In this document: piece after piece, positions 1 through 8,536 of the stretch | Layout: every line of letters starts with the position of its first letter | How positions within the stretch are numbered: position 1 is the stretch's first letter | Source: an uncultured Methanosarcinales archaeon | GTDB taxonomy: Archaea; Nanobdellota; Nanobdellia; Woesearchaeales; CAYSVS01 | Length of the DNA stretch: 64,000 nucleotides | Direction of reading: 5' to 3' | NCBI GenBank assembly: GCA_964589485.1 | Contig: CAZPRK010000004.1 | Span: forward strand, 20,611 to 84,610 | The notes under the pieces: model-generated | The model's input: the letters and a program-made list of their open reading frames with translations, nothing else | Database searches by the model: none | Told to the model about the DNA's origin: nothing | Program-made: the position numbers and the translations under genes

Positions 1-54
1 AGCAAAAAAATCTTTTTTAAAATTATTAGGAAGTATTAAAAAGAGGTTAGATAC

Positions 55-1029
55 ATGAAATTTTTAACCTATGAAGATTTGTTTGGGCCTCTTAATGAGA
101 ATTATTCAATTAGCTTAGAAAATTTAGCAAACGGAAGAATTAAGCCTAATGAACTATTATGGCAAGATATTTTCGCAAAAGAAGGGAAGTCTTCTTATAT
201 CTATATAGGAGATAAGAAAACTGATTTAGATTTTATATTGTCTTCTCCTCATATAAATGGACTTATTATACCACGAGATATATCTCAAATAGAACGTTAT
301 CAAATTAATATTTATTCTAAAAATGTAGAAGATAGAGTTAAAGTAAGTGAACAAAATTTAGATTCAATTTTAGCTTTATTGGGTGGTTTTCTAAAAAATA
401 CAGAAGTAGATCAAGTTTTTTTAGGGTTTGATTTAGATGATACAGCTCACCCTAAATTTAATAATGCTCAAAATAAAGCAGCTTATCACTTCGCAGATGA
501 GTTGGCAAAGTTATCTGGTTTCAGTGAAGCTTTCAATGATGTTGCTATTGCTTATATTAAAAATTATGAACGTAATTTTAAAAGATATTCTCATGATGAT
601 AGCGAAGCTATTCCTGGTGGATCTGATTTTAAGGTTGCATTATCTATATTAACAGTAATAGAGTTTTATGCCATCAATAGAAAAGCGCCATCTACTCAAT
701 CTGAGTTGAAAGATCAAATTAAACCTAGTATAATAGAAAATTATGTAACTAATAAAGGTGGAAGATCTAAATTAATTGAAGATTTGATAACATTTTCTAT
801 TTTATCATCTGCTAAAATATCTGAGGAATACTTTTTAATTCCAAGGTTTAGAGAATTAGAAGCTAAATTTTCACAAAATGAAATTGTTCAAGGAGAAGTA
901 TATTTTTTTGAAACTATGGTGAATTTAATAGACAAATTGAAAGAAAGAGGATATGCTCCTAAGTTTGTAACTAATAAACCTGAATCTGTTCTAAATAAAA
1001 TATATGGTTCGCGCTTTCAAGTAAAATAA
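55..1029 (+). CDS. hypothetical protein (324 aa)
   Basis: Long ORF, GAGGT RBS-like motif upstream; no recognisable motif. Confidence 0.7.
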   Translation: MKFLTYEDLFGPLNENYSISLENLANGRIKPNELLWQDIFAKEGKSSYIYIGDKKTDLDFILSSPHINGLIIPRDISQIERYQINIYSKNVEDRVKVSEQNLDSILALLGGFLKNTEVDQVFLGFDLDDTAHPKFNNAQNKAAYHFADELAKLSGFSEAFNDVAIAYIKNYERNFKRYSHDDSEAIPGGSDFKVALSILTVIEFYAINRKAPSTQSELKDQIKPSIIENYVTNKGGRSKLIEDLITFSILSSAKISEEYFLIPRFRELEAKFSQNEIVQGEVYFFETMVNLIDKLKERGYAPKFVTNKPESVLNKIYGSRFQVK

Positions 1030-1980
1030 TTATAATTCAATTGATATGGTTGCTTCAATTAAATCTAATAAAAGGTCTAATATCATTATTTGTTGACTTG
1101 CATAATAAATTTCTTCAGAAGCTATATTTTTAAGGTTTGTTTCAATTTTTTTTCTTGCTTCTCTTCTTTTTCGACTAAATTCTACAATTTTATTATAATC
1201 TAATTTGTAAAATATTTCATAGAATGCATTAAATTCACTTTCTACATATTTTATAATTTCTAATGTTTCATGATTTATGTTTATTTTGTGTTTTGTTATA
1301 TTTCTTGCTAGATATTTGTAAATGTCAGCAATTTTATCTATATTTGAAATAATGTGGTAAAGAAGTGAAGATTTTTTATAGTCTTTTATTCCTTGTTTGT
1401 TTAATAGTCTAAGGCAAAAAGCAATAAATTTAGTTATGTTGTCGTGCTTTTCTTGTATGTTTTCTAATTCTAAAGCATCTTTCTTTTCAATCCCTATTAT
1501 GCTACTATTAATCATATCTTTTGTTAAAAGAAAAATTCTTCTTAAAACATTACTAAATTCTTGACTGGAAGTAGATGATATGTCTTTTAGAATACATAAA
1601 TTTTCACTTTGTTTAATTATTTCAAATCCAACCAATCTTTCTGTAGTTTTACTTATTATTGACTGTACTCTTTCTGATTTTGTTGTTTTAAAATCTTTAA
1701 CTTCTCTATTTGTAAATCTTAATGTAACTTCATCGTACCCTTTTTTATATGCTGCTTGTATTATATGTAATATTGTTGAAGAGTCAAGGTTACTAATATC
1801 TATTTCTTTTTTCTCTATAGCTTTTTCTTCATTTGTTTTTGGATTTAATGTTAGAATGTTTTCATTTATATCTAATGCAATTGTACTTCCTTTTTCTAAA
1901 TTATTTTCAACTAACCATTTCTTTGGAAGTGAAACTACAAATGAACTTTTTCCAAATCCTATTAGTTTTCTAAATTCCAT
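1030..1980 (-). CDS. AbrB/SpoVT-PhoU fusion, phosphate uptake regulator family
   Basis: N-terminal RKLIGFGKSSFVVSLPKKW (AbrB-type) followed by helical PhoU-like region; start moved to ATG 1980. Confidence 0.85.
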   Translation of the reverse strand: MEFRKLIGFGKSSFVVSLPKKWLVENNLEKGSTIALDINENILTLNPKTNEEKAIEKKEIDISNLDSSTILHIIQAAYKKGYDEVTLRFTNREVKDFKTTKSERVQSIISKTTERLVGFEIIKQSENLCILKDISSTSSQEFSNVLRRIFLLTKDMINSSIIGIEKKDALELENIQEKHDNITKFIAFCLRLLNKQGIKDYKKSSLLYHIISNIDKIADIYKYLARNITKHKININHETLEIIKYVESEFNAFYEIFYKLDYNKIVEFSRKRREARKKIETNLKNIASEEIYYASQQIMILDLLLDLIEATISIEL

Positions 1981-2069
1981 AAATACATCTCTCTCCAAGT
2001 ATATGCTATATATAGGTTAAGAATATATATAAATCTATCGCTGAATTTCATTAAAAAAGAGGTGTTTAA

Positions 2070-2219
2070 GTGAATATTAAAAAAAGAGTTAGTTTATTAG
2101 AAACAGAGCAAGAAAAACACTTCTATGATCCAGAATATAGGGAAGAATTAGTCGATAATGACATTATTAACACTGCAGAAGAAGGTTTTATGAAAGGCTA
2201 TGAGGAAGCTTATGATTAA
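2070..2219 (+). CDS. unannotated acidic microprotein A (49 aa)
   Basis: GAGGTG RBS at 2059-2064, GTG start; MNIKKRVSLLETEQEKHFYDPEYREELVDNDIINTAEEGFMKGYEEAYD; paralogous to 2300..2440. Confidence 0.8.
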   Translation: MNIKKRVSLLETEQEKHFYDPEYREELVDNDIINTAEEGFMKGYEEAYD

Positions 2220-2299
2220 CATATAGTGTATATGCATAATATCCCCAAAATATATATTGGCTGTTTGGTATACTTTCATTGTACATGGGGGTGTAGCGT

Positions 2300-2440
2300 A
2301 TGATGAAACTATTTGTTGATGATTATTGGGAAGAAAATTTAGGAATATATTCAGAAGATACTAGAGAAGATTTAGTAGAATCAGGCGCTCTTTCTGCAGA
2401 GGAAGATGCATTCATGAAAGGATATGAAGAAGCAAGTTAA
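2300..2440 (+). CDS. unannotated acidic microprotein B (46 aa)
   Basis: GGGGTG RBS before ATG; MMKLFVDDYWEENLGIYSEDTREDLVESGALSAEEDAFMKGYEEAS; paralogous to 2070..2219. Confidence 0.8.
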   Translation: MMKLFVDDYWEENLGIYSEDTREDLVESGALSAEEDAFMKGYEEAS

Positions 2441-2445
2441 AGGTC

Positions 2446-2487
2446 AAAAAAGAGAGGGATGGCATTAGCCTCGGCTAACCATCTCTC
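2446..2487. terminator. GC-rich stem-loop between microprotein B and the convergent tRNA-Tyr
   Basis: GAGGGATGG(2454-62)/CCATCTCTC(2479-87) plus TTAGC/GCTAA inner stem; A-run 2446-2451 reads as a U-run after the hairpin on the minus strand. Confidence 0.5.
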
Positions 2488-2514
2488 CACTATTTAATTC
2501 TAAGAGAATATAAG

Positions 2515-2637
2515 TCCGCCCGGCCGGATTTGAACCAGCAACCTTCCGGTAACAGCTGACTGTTTATCATCATAGCTAATTAGCACATCAAAACAGCTTT
2601 CTACAGCCGAACGCTCTAGCCGTTGAGCTACAGGCGG
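2515..2637 (-). tRNA. tRNA-Tyr(GTA) with 50-nt intron (2551-2600) at position 37/38
   Basis: Minus strand CCGCCTG...CGGGCGG-A acceptor (C1:G72, A73 = archaeal Tyr identity), D arm TAGCTCAACGGCTAGAGC, anticodon loop CTGTAG^A, T loop GGTTCAAATCC; 73 nt after intron removal; CCA not encoded. Confidence 0.92.
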
Positions 2638-2674
2638 ATGTTATAGAACAAAAAGAGTTTGTTTATAAATTTTT

Positions 2675-4162
2675 CTAACCTTCGACCTTAACACTATTGG
2701 AATATAGAGTTTTTCTTCTTTTTCCTTTACTATATTTTAAGTTAGCAACAGGTAAAGAAAAATCTCCTAATATGCTTAATTTTGATTTAATTCTATATGT
2801 TAAAATTCTTTCTTCTTGTGGATCTATTTCAGGAATTTCCCACTTAATTAATGTTGCTCCGTTCTTTTTAGTAAATCTTGAAGGGCTTAATGTTCCTACA
2901 TCAAAATCTTTTAATACATCAACAATGTTTGGAACTTTATCTATAATGTCTATGTTTTCAATTGGCTTTACTCCTTCGTTTTTGATGTTGATGTTTATTT
3001 TAATTTGAGATATGCCTCCTTCTGCTGTTTCTATATTGTGGGCTTCTTTTGTAATTCTAAGAGGGCTTTGGTCCATGTAATTATAGAATAAAAATAATAA
3101 AATTAAAATAATTGCATAAAATAGCCATCTATAATTAACTAATATTTCTAAAGTATAATTTTCATCTGATTTTAAATCAATTTCCCATTCAAAATATCTA
3201 TTTCCATCAATATCTTTTGTTAATCTTGCTTTCGGGTTAGTGGAAGTAAAAAATCTACTAAAAAATCCAGTTTCGTGTTGAATTAATTGTTTTTTATCAT
3301 TATTACCTTTATTAGTATATTTTATGGTTTCTTTATTTTTTAAGAATCCGCTTTCTGTTTTTTTTTCTTCTTTGAATCTTTCAGTGTAATCAACTATATT
3401 ATACACAAAAGCACCGATGTGTTGCACTTGACCGTCTATTTCTAATTGTCCTACTACTGTGTCTTTGGTTGGTTTTTGGTTTTCGGCTAGAGAGACTGGC
3501 CATTCAAGAAATGCAGTAGCTATTTGATCATCTACTCTTCCTGCTATTCCTGTTGAAGCTTCCATTACTCCTAATAGAGGACTTTCTAAGGTTACTTTTA
3601 TTTCTTCTTCGGAATATTCCCTTGGATTAAAATTTTCTAGTTTTAACCTTATTTTGTTATCTTCTCTTGGGTCTACTTCATTTGGGAAATCAATTGTTCC
3701 TTGTAAATCAGGAGAATATTTTGAAATGCTATTACTTTTTATGTAAGTATCTAAAGGAATATCTAATGCTGAATTGGAATTTCTTACTTTAAACACTGCC
3801 TTTAATATGTGTGTTCCGGATGCAAGGTTTTCTAATGGATCTAATTTAATTATGAACTTAGTTTCTTTTGCAGGATATAATGCAGTTTCTGATGCAGTAT
3901 ATAATAATGGTTCTGATCTTACCCATTTCCACTCGTATACTTCACTAAATATAATACTTAAATAATCTATTTTTTCTTTATTATTGGATACTGTTATTGC
4001 AAATTCAGCAGATTCTTGGGTTGAAATTTCATTTTTTATTGGTTCAACTTTAACTTGAAAAAAATCATTTGCATAAATTCTTTCTTTTTCAAGTACAACT
4101 GGTTCAGCATATGCAAAAGAACTTAATATGATTAATAATATAATTGGTAGTTTAAACTTCAT
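2675..4162 (-). CDS. membrane-anchored surface protein with Ig-like (CARDB/DUF11-type) domains
   Basis: Signal peptide, beta-rich ectodomain, one TM (WLFYAIILILLFLFY), C-terminal INIKNEG..IIDKVP..LTYRIK domain. Confidence 0.65.
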   Translation of the reverse strand: MKFKLPIILLIILSSFAYAEPVVLEKERIYANDFFQVKVEPIKNEISTQESAEFAITVSNNKEKIDYLSIIFSEVYEWKWVRSEPLLYTASETALYPAKETKFIIKLDPLENLASGTHILKAVFKVRNSNSALDIPLDTYIKSNSISKYSPDLQGTIDFPNEVDPREDNKIRLKLENFNPREYSEEEIKVTLESPLLGVMEASTGIAGRVDDQIATAFLEWPVSLAENQKPTKDTVVGQLEIDGQVQHIGAFVYNIVDYTERFKEEKKTESGFLKNKETIKYTNKGNNDKKQLIQHETGFFSRFFTSTNPKARLTKDIDGNRYFEWEIDLKSDENYTLEILVNYRWLFYAIILILLFLFYNYMDQSPLRITKEAHNIETAEGGISQIKININIKNEGVKPIENIDIIDKVPNIVDVLKDFDVGTLSPSRFTKKNGATLIKWEIPEIDPQEERILTYRIKSKLSILGDFSLPVANLKYSKGKRRKTLYSNSVKVEG

Positions 4163-4292
4163 AATTTCTTCCCTCGCTAATAAATTATAACTTAAACTAT
4201 CTTAAATCATATTTAAATTTTCCTATTACCAAGTATACTCTTTCTACTAAATAATGATAAACTATTTATATTTGTTATAATTGTTTGAATTG

Positions 4293-5066
4293 GTGACGTA
4301 TACTAAGTTAGCTATATTTGATATGGATGGTACTCTTATTATTCAAGAAACTACTGATGTTATGGCTAGCTTAAAAGGTAAGGAAAAAGAAGTTGCTGAA
4401 ATTACTACTTTAGGAATGACTGGTAATTTAGATTTTAAAGTTTCTGTTCTTAGAAGGCTTAGTATCATGAACCCATCTATGGATGATTTTGAAAATATAT
4501 CTGATAATTTAGATTTAAGTACTGGAGCAGTTGATTTAATAAGTTTTTTGAAACAAAATGATTTTATTGTTGGGATTATTTCAGGAGGGTTTGATCCTGT
4601 TGCAGAAAAGATAGCAAAAAGAGTAGGGGCGAATTTTTATATCGCGAATTCTTTAAATGAAGTTAATAATGGCCTTGAAGTTGATTTTAATGTGTATAAT
4701 AATAAAGCTACTTTAGTTTCATTTTTATCTGAATTATTTCAAAGCGAATTTGTTTTTGCAATTGGTGATGGAAGTAATGATTTGAGAATGTTGCAAGCTG
4801 CTAATTTAGGTGTTGTGTATAAAAGTACTAATTTGAGAGGTAGATTACCGCAACATAGTTATATTCCTGAAAATTTATATGATTCTGTTGAATTAATACG
4901 CAATTTTGATGGGTCGAAGAGAATGGTTTCTAGGTCGGATGAATTGTTAAATTTTCATAATCATATATCAAATATAGATAAACCTATTAACCTTTCTTTG
5001 GAATATATGTTATTTACAGGTAAAAGAATATTGGATTTAGGTCAAGATGAAAGCTACGCACGATAG
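4293..5066 (+). CDS. serB: HAD-family phosphoserine phosphatase-like protein with C-terminal extension
   Basis: FDMDGTL, ISGGF, K, IGDGSNDLRML motifs; GTG 4293 fits TATA at 4265. Confidence 0.8.
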   Translation: MTYTKLAIFDMDGTLIIQETTDVMASLKGKEKEVAEITTLGMTGNLDFKVSVLRRLSIMNPSMDDFENISDNLDLSTGAVDLISFLKQNDFIVGIISGGFDPVAEKIAKRVGANFYIANSLNEVNNGLEVDFNVYNNKATLVSFLSELFQSEFVFAIGDGSNDLRMLQAANLGVVYKSTNLRGRLPQHSYIPENLYDSVELIRNFDGSKRMVSRSDELLNFHNHISNIDKPINLSLEYMLFTGKRILDLGQDESYAR

Positions 5067-5102
5067 CAAAGCTTTTATAGTATCTGATTTGTTTATATAA
5101 TT

Positions 5103-5390
5103 ATGGATAAATCTGCTAAATTTTTAAATTTTGAGAATAACGTTGAAAAAATAGTTATAATTTCTGATTGGAACACTGAAAAAATAAATGATGTTTTGTT
5201 CAAATGTTATGTTGTTGAAGAAGATGGCGAAGAAGTAGATAAATTCTGGTATGTATGGGATTATGATTTAGCTGAAAATTTAAAAAAATTTATACGGGGA
5301 AAAAAACCATATGAAAAAATTAAAATTAAAGTACTAATGACTGAAGTTGATGAATTTTCTAAAGAATATAAACTTAGTAAGTCTGATTAG
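5103..5390 (+). CDS. hypothetical protein
   Basis: 95-aa ORF downstream of a TTTATA box. Confidence 0.6.
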   Translation: MDKSAKFLNFENNVEKIVIISDWNTEKINDVLFKCYVVEEDGEEVDKFWYVWDYDLAENLKKFIRGKKPYEKIKIKVLMTEVDEFSKEYKLSKSD

Positions 5391-5772
5391 ATAATAATAT
5401 TTCTATTCCTTTTGCTGTTGACATTATATTTATTTCATTATTTTCTTGAGCTAACAAATAACCATCCCATACTGAACCTATCATTGGATCTTTTGTAATT
5501 CTTTCTTCTTTATGGTATTTTATTGCATGTAAAATTTTTTGATGATCTAAATTTGGAAAACTTAATAGAAATTTAGTTGCAAAGTCTATATTTAAATTAG
5601 TGTTTTTTAAAACATTATGTAAATAACTTGCAATTGTAACTTCTTCTATTTTATTTGGACATTCTGCTTTTGCAATAGTCATAGAATAGTTTACAACTTC
5701 CCTTATTTTTTTTAATTGATTTTTATCTGTAACCTTTAGAATTTTATTTTCTACTTCATCGAAGTTTATCAT
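5374..5772 (-). CDS. degenerate HD-domain-like protein
   Basis: IASYLHN (HD to HN), AIKYH and VWDG spacing resembles small HD domains. Confidence 0.55.
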   Translation of the reverse strand: MINFDEVENKILKVTDKNQLKKIREVVNYSMTIAKAECPNKIEEVTIASYLHNVLKNTNLNIDFATKFLLSFPNLDHQKILHAIKYHKEERITKDPMIGSVWDGYLLAQENNEINIMSTAKGIEILLSNQTY

Positions 5773-5858
5773 TTCTAAATGTAATTTAGTTTTATTTAAA
5801 AAAATAACTAGTAAGGTTTAAATAGAAGTTTATTTTATTACGATGTGGTGAGTCAATT

Positions 5859-6044
5859 ATGGGTATGAAAGATTGCAATAATTGTGATAATGAAGTTCCA
5901 AAGGCTGGACAATGTAATTCTTGTGGATTTGTAGATGGAATGGCAAGGCAACCTAGTGACGAAGAGTTTAAAGACGCTAGGGAAATTAATGATAAACATG
6001 AGTATGAACAATTTCAGAACCTAGATATGTTGTTGTTGGATTGA
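5859..6044 (+). CDS. small zinc-ribbon protein
   Basis: CNNC...CNSCGF; GGTGA RBS. Confidence 0.7.
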   Translation: MGMKDCNNCDNEVPKAGQCNSCGFVDGMARQPSDEEFKDAREINDKHEYEQFQNLDMLLLD

Positions 6045-6046
6045 TT

Positions 6047-6826
6047 CTATATTCTTTTATATTTAATTCCTTCTAACAAAGAAACAATTCTTTCTTTTTC
6101 TTTACCTAAACCTTTCCAATCTAAATAAATTTCTTTGGCATTGCATTTTTTCATTGCTTCTTGTATTAATTCTTTTGTTAGGGCTGGGACCATATGTTTT
6201 GGACAAACATGACCGAATGCCGAATCTATTTTTTTAAAATTAGGAGTGTGATGCATTCCTCCTATTCCTATTGCAATGTTATGTTTATCTTTACATTCTA
6301 ATGTTTCAAAAATTGTTTCTGCAATTATTTTTCCTGCTTGTTTATTTTCCCATTCTTTTATATCTGAGCCTATTTCAATAAACACCGATGGTGTTTCTAC
6401 ATACGGTCCGTGATGTGTTGCTTCTTGTATAACTTCATAATTTTTATTTTTTTTATCTAATATATTTAATGTGTTTTTTAAAAAATTAGCATCTGTGTTA
6501 ACTAAACTTTTATCTCTTCCTCCAAACATTGCTTTATCCCAATTTCCAATTGAATGTACTGATAAGCTATGAATTCCTGCTTTTGACATATGTTTAGTTG
6601 CAAAAATTAATAATTTTATTTTTAGATTTAATTCAGAATTAATTTCTTTGTCTATATTTTCGCAATGGATGCTTTCTTTATCTGTTGTGAATAAATATGT
6701 GTCTTTATATTTATAATAATGGTGTGAATGAAATTCTCCTATTTCTTTCCATTCAACTAAAGATAGTAGATTGTTTTTGATATTTATTCCTGCTGGATCT
6801 AAAGTTGATGTTAGTATTGCTATCAT
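6047..6826 (-). CDS. dtdA: D-aminoacyl-tRNA deacylase (archaeal DTD2/GEK1 type)
   Basis: DPAGINI, SLSVHSIGN, EATHHGP, FIEIGS, GIGGMHH motifs. Confidence 0.93.
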   Translation of the reverse strand: MIAILTSTLDPAGINIKNNLLSLVEWKEIGEFHSHHYYKYKDTYLFTTDKESIHCENIDKEINSELNLKIKLLIFATKHMSKAGIHSLSVHSIGNWDKAMFGGRDKSLVNTDANFLKNTLNILDKKNKNYEVIQEATHHGPYVETPSVFIEIGSDIKEWENKQAGKIIAETIFETLECKDKHNIAIGIGGMHHTPNFKKIDSAFGHVCPKHMVPALTKELIQEAMKKCNAKEIYLDWKGLGKEKERIVSLLEGIKYKRI

Positions 6827-6882
6827 TTAATGTATTTTTTTGTTTGTTGTATATATTGTTTTCTGTTCATCTTGCTTAAAAA

Positions 6883-7032
6883 TAAGTACTAAAATAAGTA
6901 TTTTTATTCTTTTTTAAGTATTGATTTTTATTATTAACTTAATTAGTATTTTTAGTGGTATTAAAATAAATCAAAACATTTATATATTAGTTAGTAAATA
7001 TAATATCCAATAACTTAGTATAAAAGTAAGTG
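6883..7032 (+). promoter_or_regulatory. array of same-strand WWAGTA motifs around the promoter of the AbrB-like gene
   Basis: TAAGTA 6883, 6895, 6915; TTAGTA 6943, 6991, 7015; AAAGTA 7023; TATA box at about 6979. Confidence 0.4.
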
Positions 7033-7037
7033 ATAAT

Positions 7038-7220
7038 ATGCCTAATAAGACGACACATACTATTAAAAGAAAACTGTATAAACGTGGTTCAAGTTACGAA
7101 ACTACTATTCCTATTCCTATGCTGTTTGCGTTAGACAAAAAACAAAAACATAATGTTTTATTCAATTATGATCCTAAATTAAATAAGTGGTATGTAGAAT
7201 TCGAAGAGGTGAAATCATAG
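7038..7220 (+). CDS. standalone AbrB/MazE-like small DNA-binding protein
   Basis: RKLYKRGSSYETTIP matches the AbrB-fold N-terminal pattern (compare RKLIGFGKSSFVVSLP in 1030..1980). Confidence 0.65.
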   Translation: MPNKTTHTIKRKLYKRGSSYETTIPIPMLFALDKKQKHNVLFNYDPKLNKWYVEFEEVKS

Positions 7221-7235
7221 TTTTTGGCGAAAAAC

Positions 7236-7284
7236 TAAACTAAAGCGGGGTGTTTACCAGACTGAGTCTGTCCCCTTTAGTTTA
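7236..7284 (+). promoter_or_regulatory. intercistronic RNA stem-loop
   Basis: TAAACTAAAG(7236-45)/CTTTAGTTTA(7275-84), GGGG/TCCC, inner CAGAC/GTCTG; ends 3 nt before the AAGGTGA RBS. Confidence 0.6.
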
Positions 7285-7302
7285 TTTAAGGTGATGTAAA
7301 AA

Positions 7303-7743
7303 ATGGAACCAGCAATAAAATTTGTAATTATTTTAATGATCTTATTAACAGTAGGGTTTTTTTATGCTAGATTTTTTTCTAAGAGGGCCCCTATGGGTAA
7401 TTTTAATGATGTTATGTCTCATTATGTTTGGAGAACAAAACGTATTAGAAAAAGTATAAGAAAAAATGAAAAGAAAAGGGTTAAGGATCAAGAATCTAAA
7501 AAGACGATGGTGATGCTGGATTCGGTTTTTGCTGATAAAGTTAATAATGCAAAGGAAGATATTCAAGATAAAACTGAAAAAGTTGCAACTAAAATAAATA
7601 AATCAAAGATAATTCCGTTAAAGAAGAATTTGAAAAGAGAAGTTAGAAAAATTGCTTCAAAAATTACTGAGAAATTAAGTGACGGTCCTTCAAAGAAAGA
7701 TAAGTTAATTTCTCAAATGCAAGAGGTGTATAGAAATGAGTAA
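7303..7743 (+). CDS. N-terminally membrane-anchored basic helical protein
   Basis: One N-terminal TM, Lys-rich tail; overlaps the MinD-like start. Confidence 0.7.
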   Translation: MEPAIKFVIILMILLTVGFFYARFFSKRAPMGNFNDVMSHYVWRTKRIRKSIRKNEKKRVKDQESKKTMVMLDSVFADKVNNAKEDIQDKTEKVATKINKSKIIPLKKNLKREVRKIASKITEKLSDGPSKKDKLISQMQEVYRNE

Positions 7744-8536
7744 AACAATTGGCGTAATTGCTATTAAGGGAGGCGTAGGTAAGACAACTACTACTGTTAA
7801 CCTGGGAGCTTCTCTCGCAAAAGATTTTGGAAAAAAAGTATTAATAGTTGATGGGAATTATAGTGCACCTAATTTGGGATTGCATATAGGTGTTGTTAAA
7901 CCAGAAAAAACTTTACATGATGTTTTAAGTGGAAAGTTGAATATAAAAAAAGCAACTTATGCACATGATTTAGGGTTTGATTATCTTCCATCTAACTTAA
8001 TTCATAAAAAAATAGATGTATATAAGTTAAAACAAAAGTTAGCAGAAATTAAAAGTAATTATGATGTGATTTTAGTTGATTCTAGTCCTAACTTAAATCA
8101 TGAAATGTTATCTACAATTGTAGCTTCTGATGAGTTATTAGTTGTGACTACTCCTGATTACCCTACATTAAGTGCAACTATGAATGCAGTTAGGTTAGCT
8201 AAACAAAAAAGTACAAAGATAAGTGGTTTGGTTTTGAATAAAGTTAGAAACAAAAATTTTGAGCTTAATTTATCTGATATTGAAGATGCTACAAATACAC
8301 CAGTTTTGGCAATTTTAAATGATGACCTTAAAGTTTTGGAATCTCTTGCTGAAACAACTCCTTTTGCGTTGAGACATCCTGGTCAAAATGCTGCAGTTGA
8401 ATATAAGGAATTAGCTGGAACGTTAATCGGTGATAGATTTAATGATGGGAGATTTGTAACTAAAATAAAAAGATTATTTTCCTCCCCTTCAAAACAAGAT
8501 GTTAATAGAACATTGTATAGGGATTTAGGTAAATGA
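7736..8536 (+). CDS. MinD/ParA-family ATPase
   Basis: Deviant Walker A KGGVGKTT, VDSSP, GLVLNKV; amphipathic RFVTKIKRLF near C-terminus. Confidence 0.9.
   Translation: MSKTIGVIAIKGGVGKTTTTVNLGASLAKDFGKKVLIVDGNYSAPNLGLHIGVVKPEKTLHDVLSGKLNIKKATYAHDLGFDYLPSNLIHKKIDVYKLKQKLAEIKSNYDVILVDSSPNLNHEMLSTIVASDELLVVTTPDYPTLSATMNAVRLAKQKSTKISGLVLNKVRNKNFELNLSDIEDATNTPVLAILNDDLKVLESLAETTPFALRHPGQNAAVEYKELAGTLIGDRFNDGRFVTKIKRLFSSPSKQDVNRTLYRDLGK

Noticed and set aside
2545..2560. Reading the tRNA as Asn (GTT) from the CTGTTA at the intron 3' end
   Set aside because: Gives a 6-nt anticodon loop; C1:G72 and A73 indicate Tyr
2515..2675. tRNA-Tyr as an integration site for an island
   Set aside because: No integrase and no duplicated tRNA 3' end noticed in the window
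6827..7037. AT-rich gap as a replication origin
   Set aside because: No ORB-like G-string motifs and no cdc6/orc gene adjacent; explained by divergent promoters
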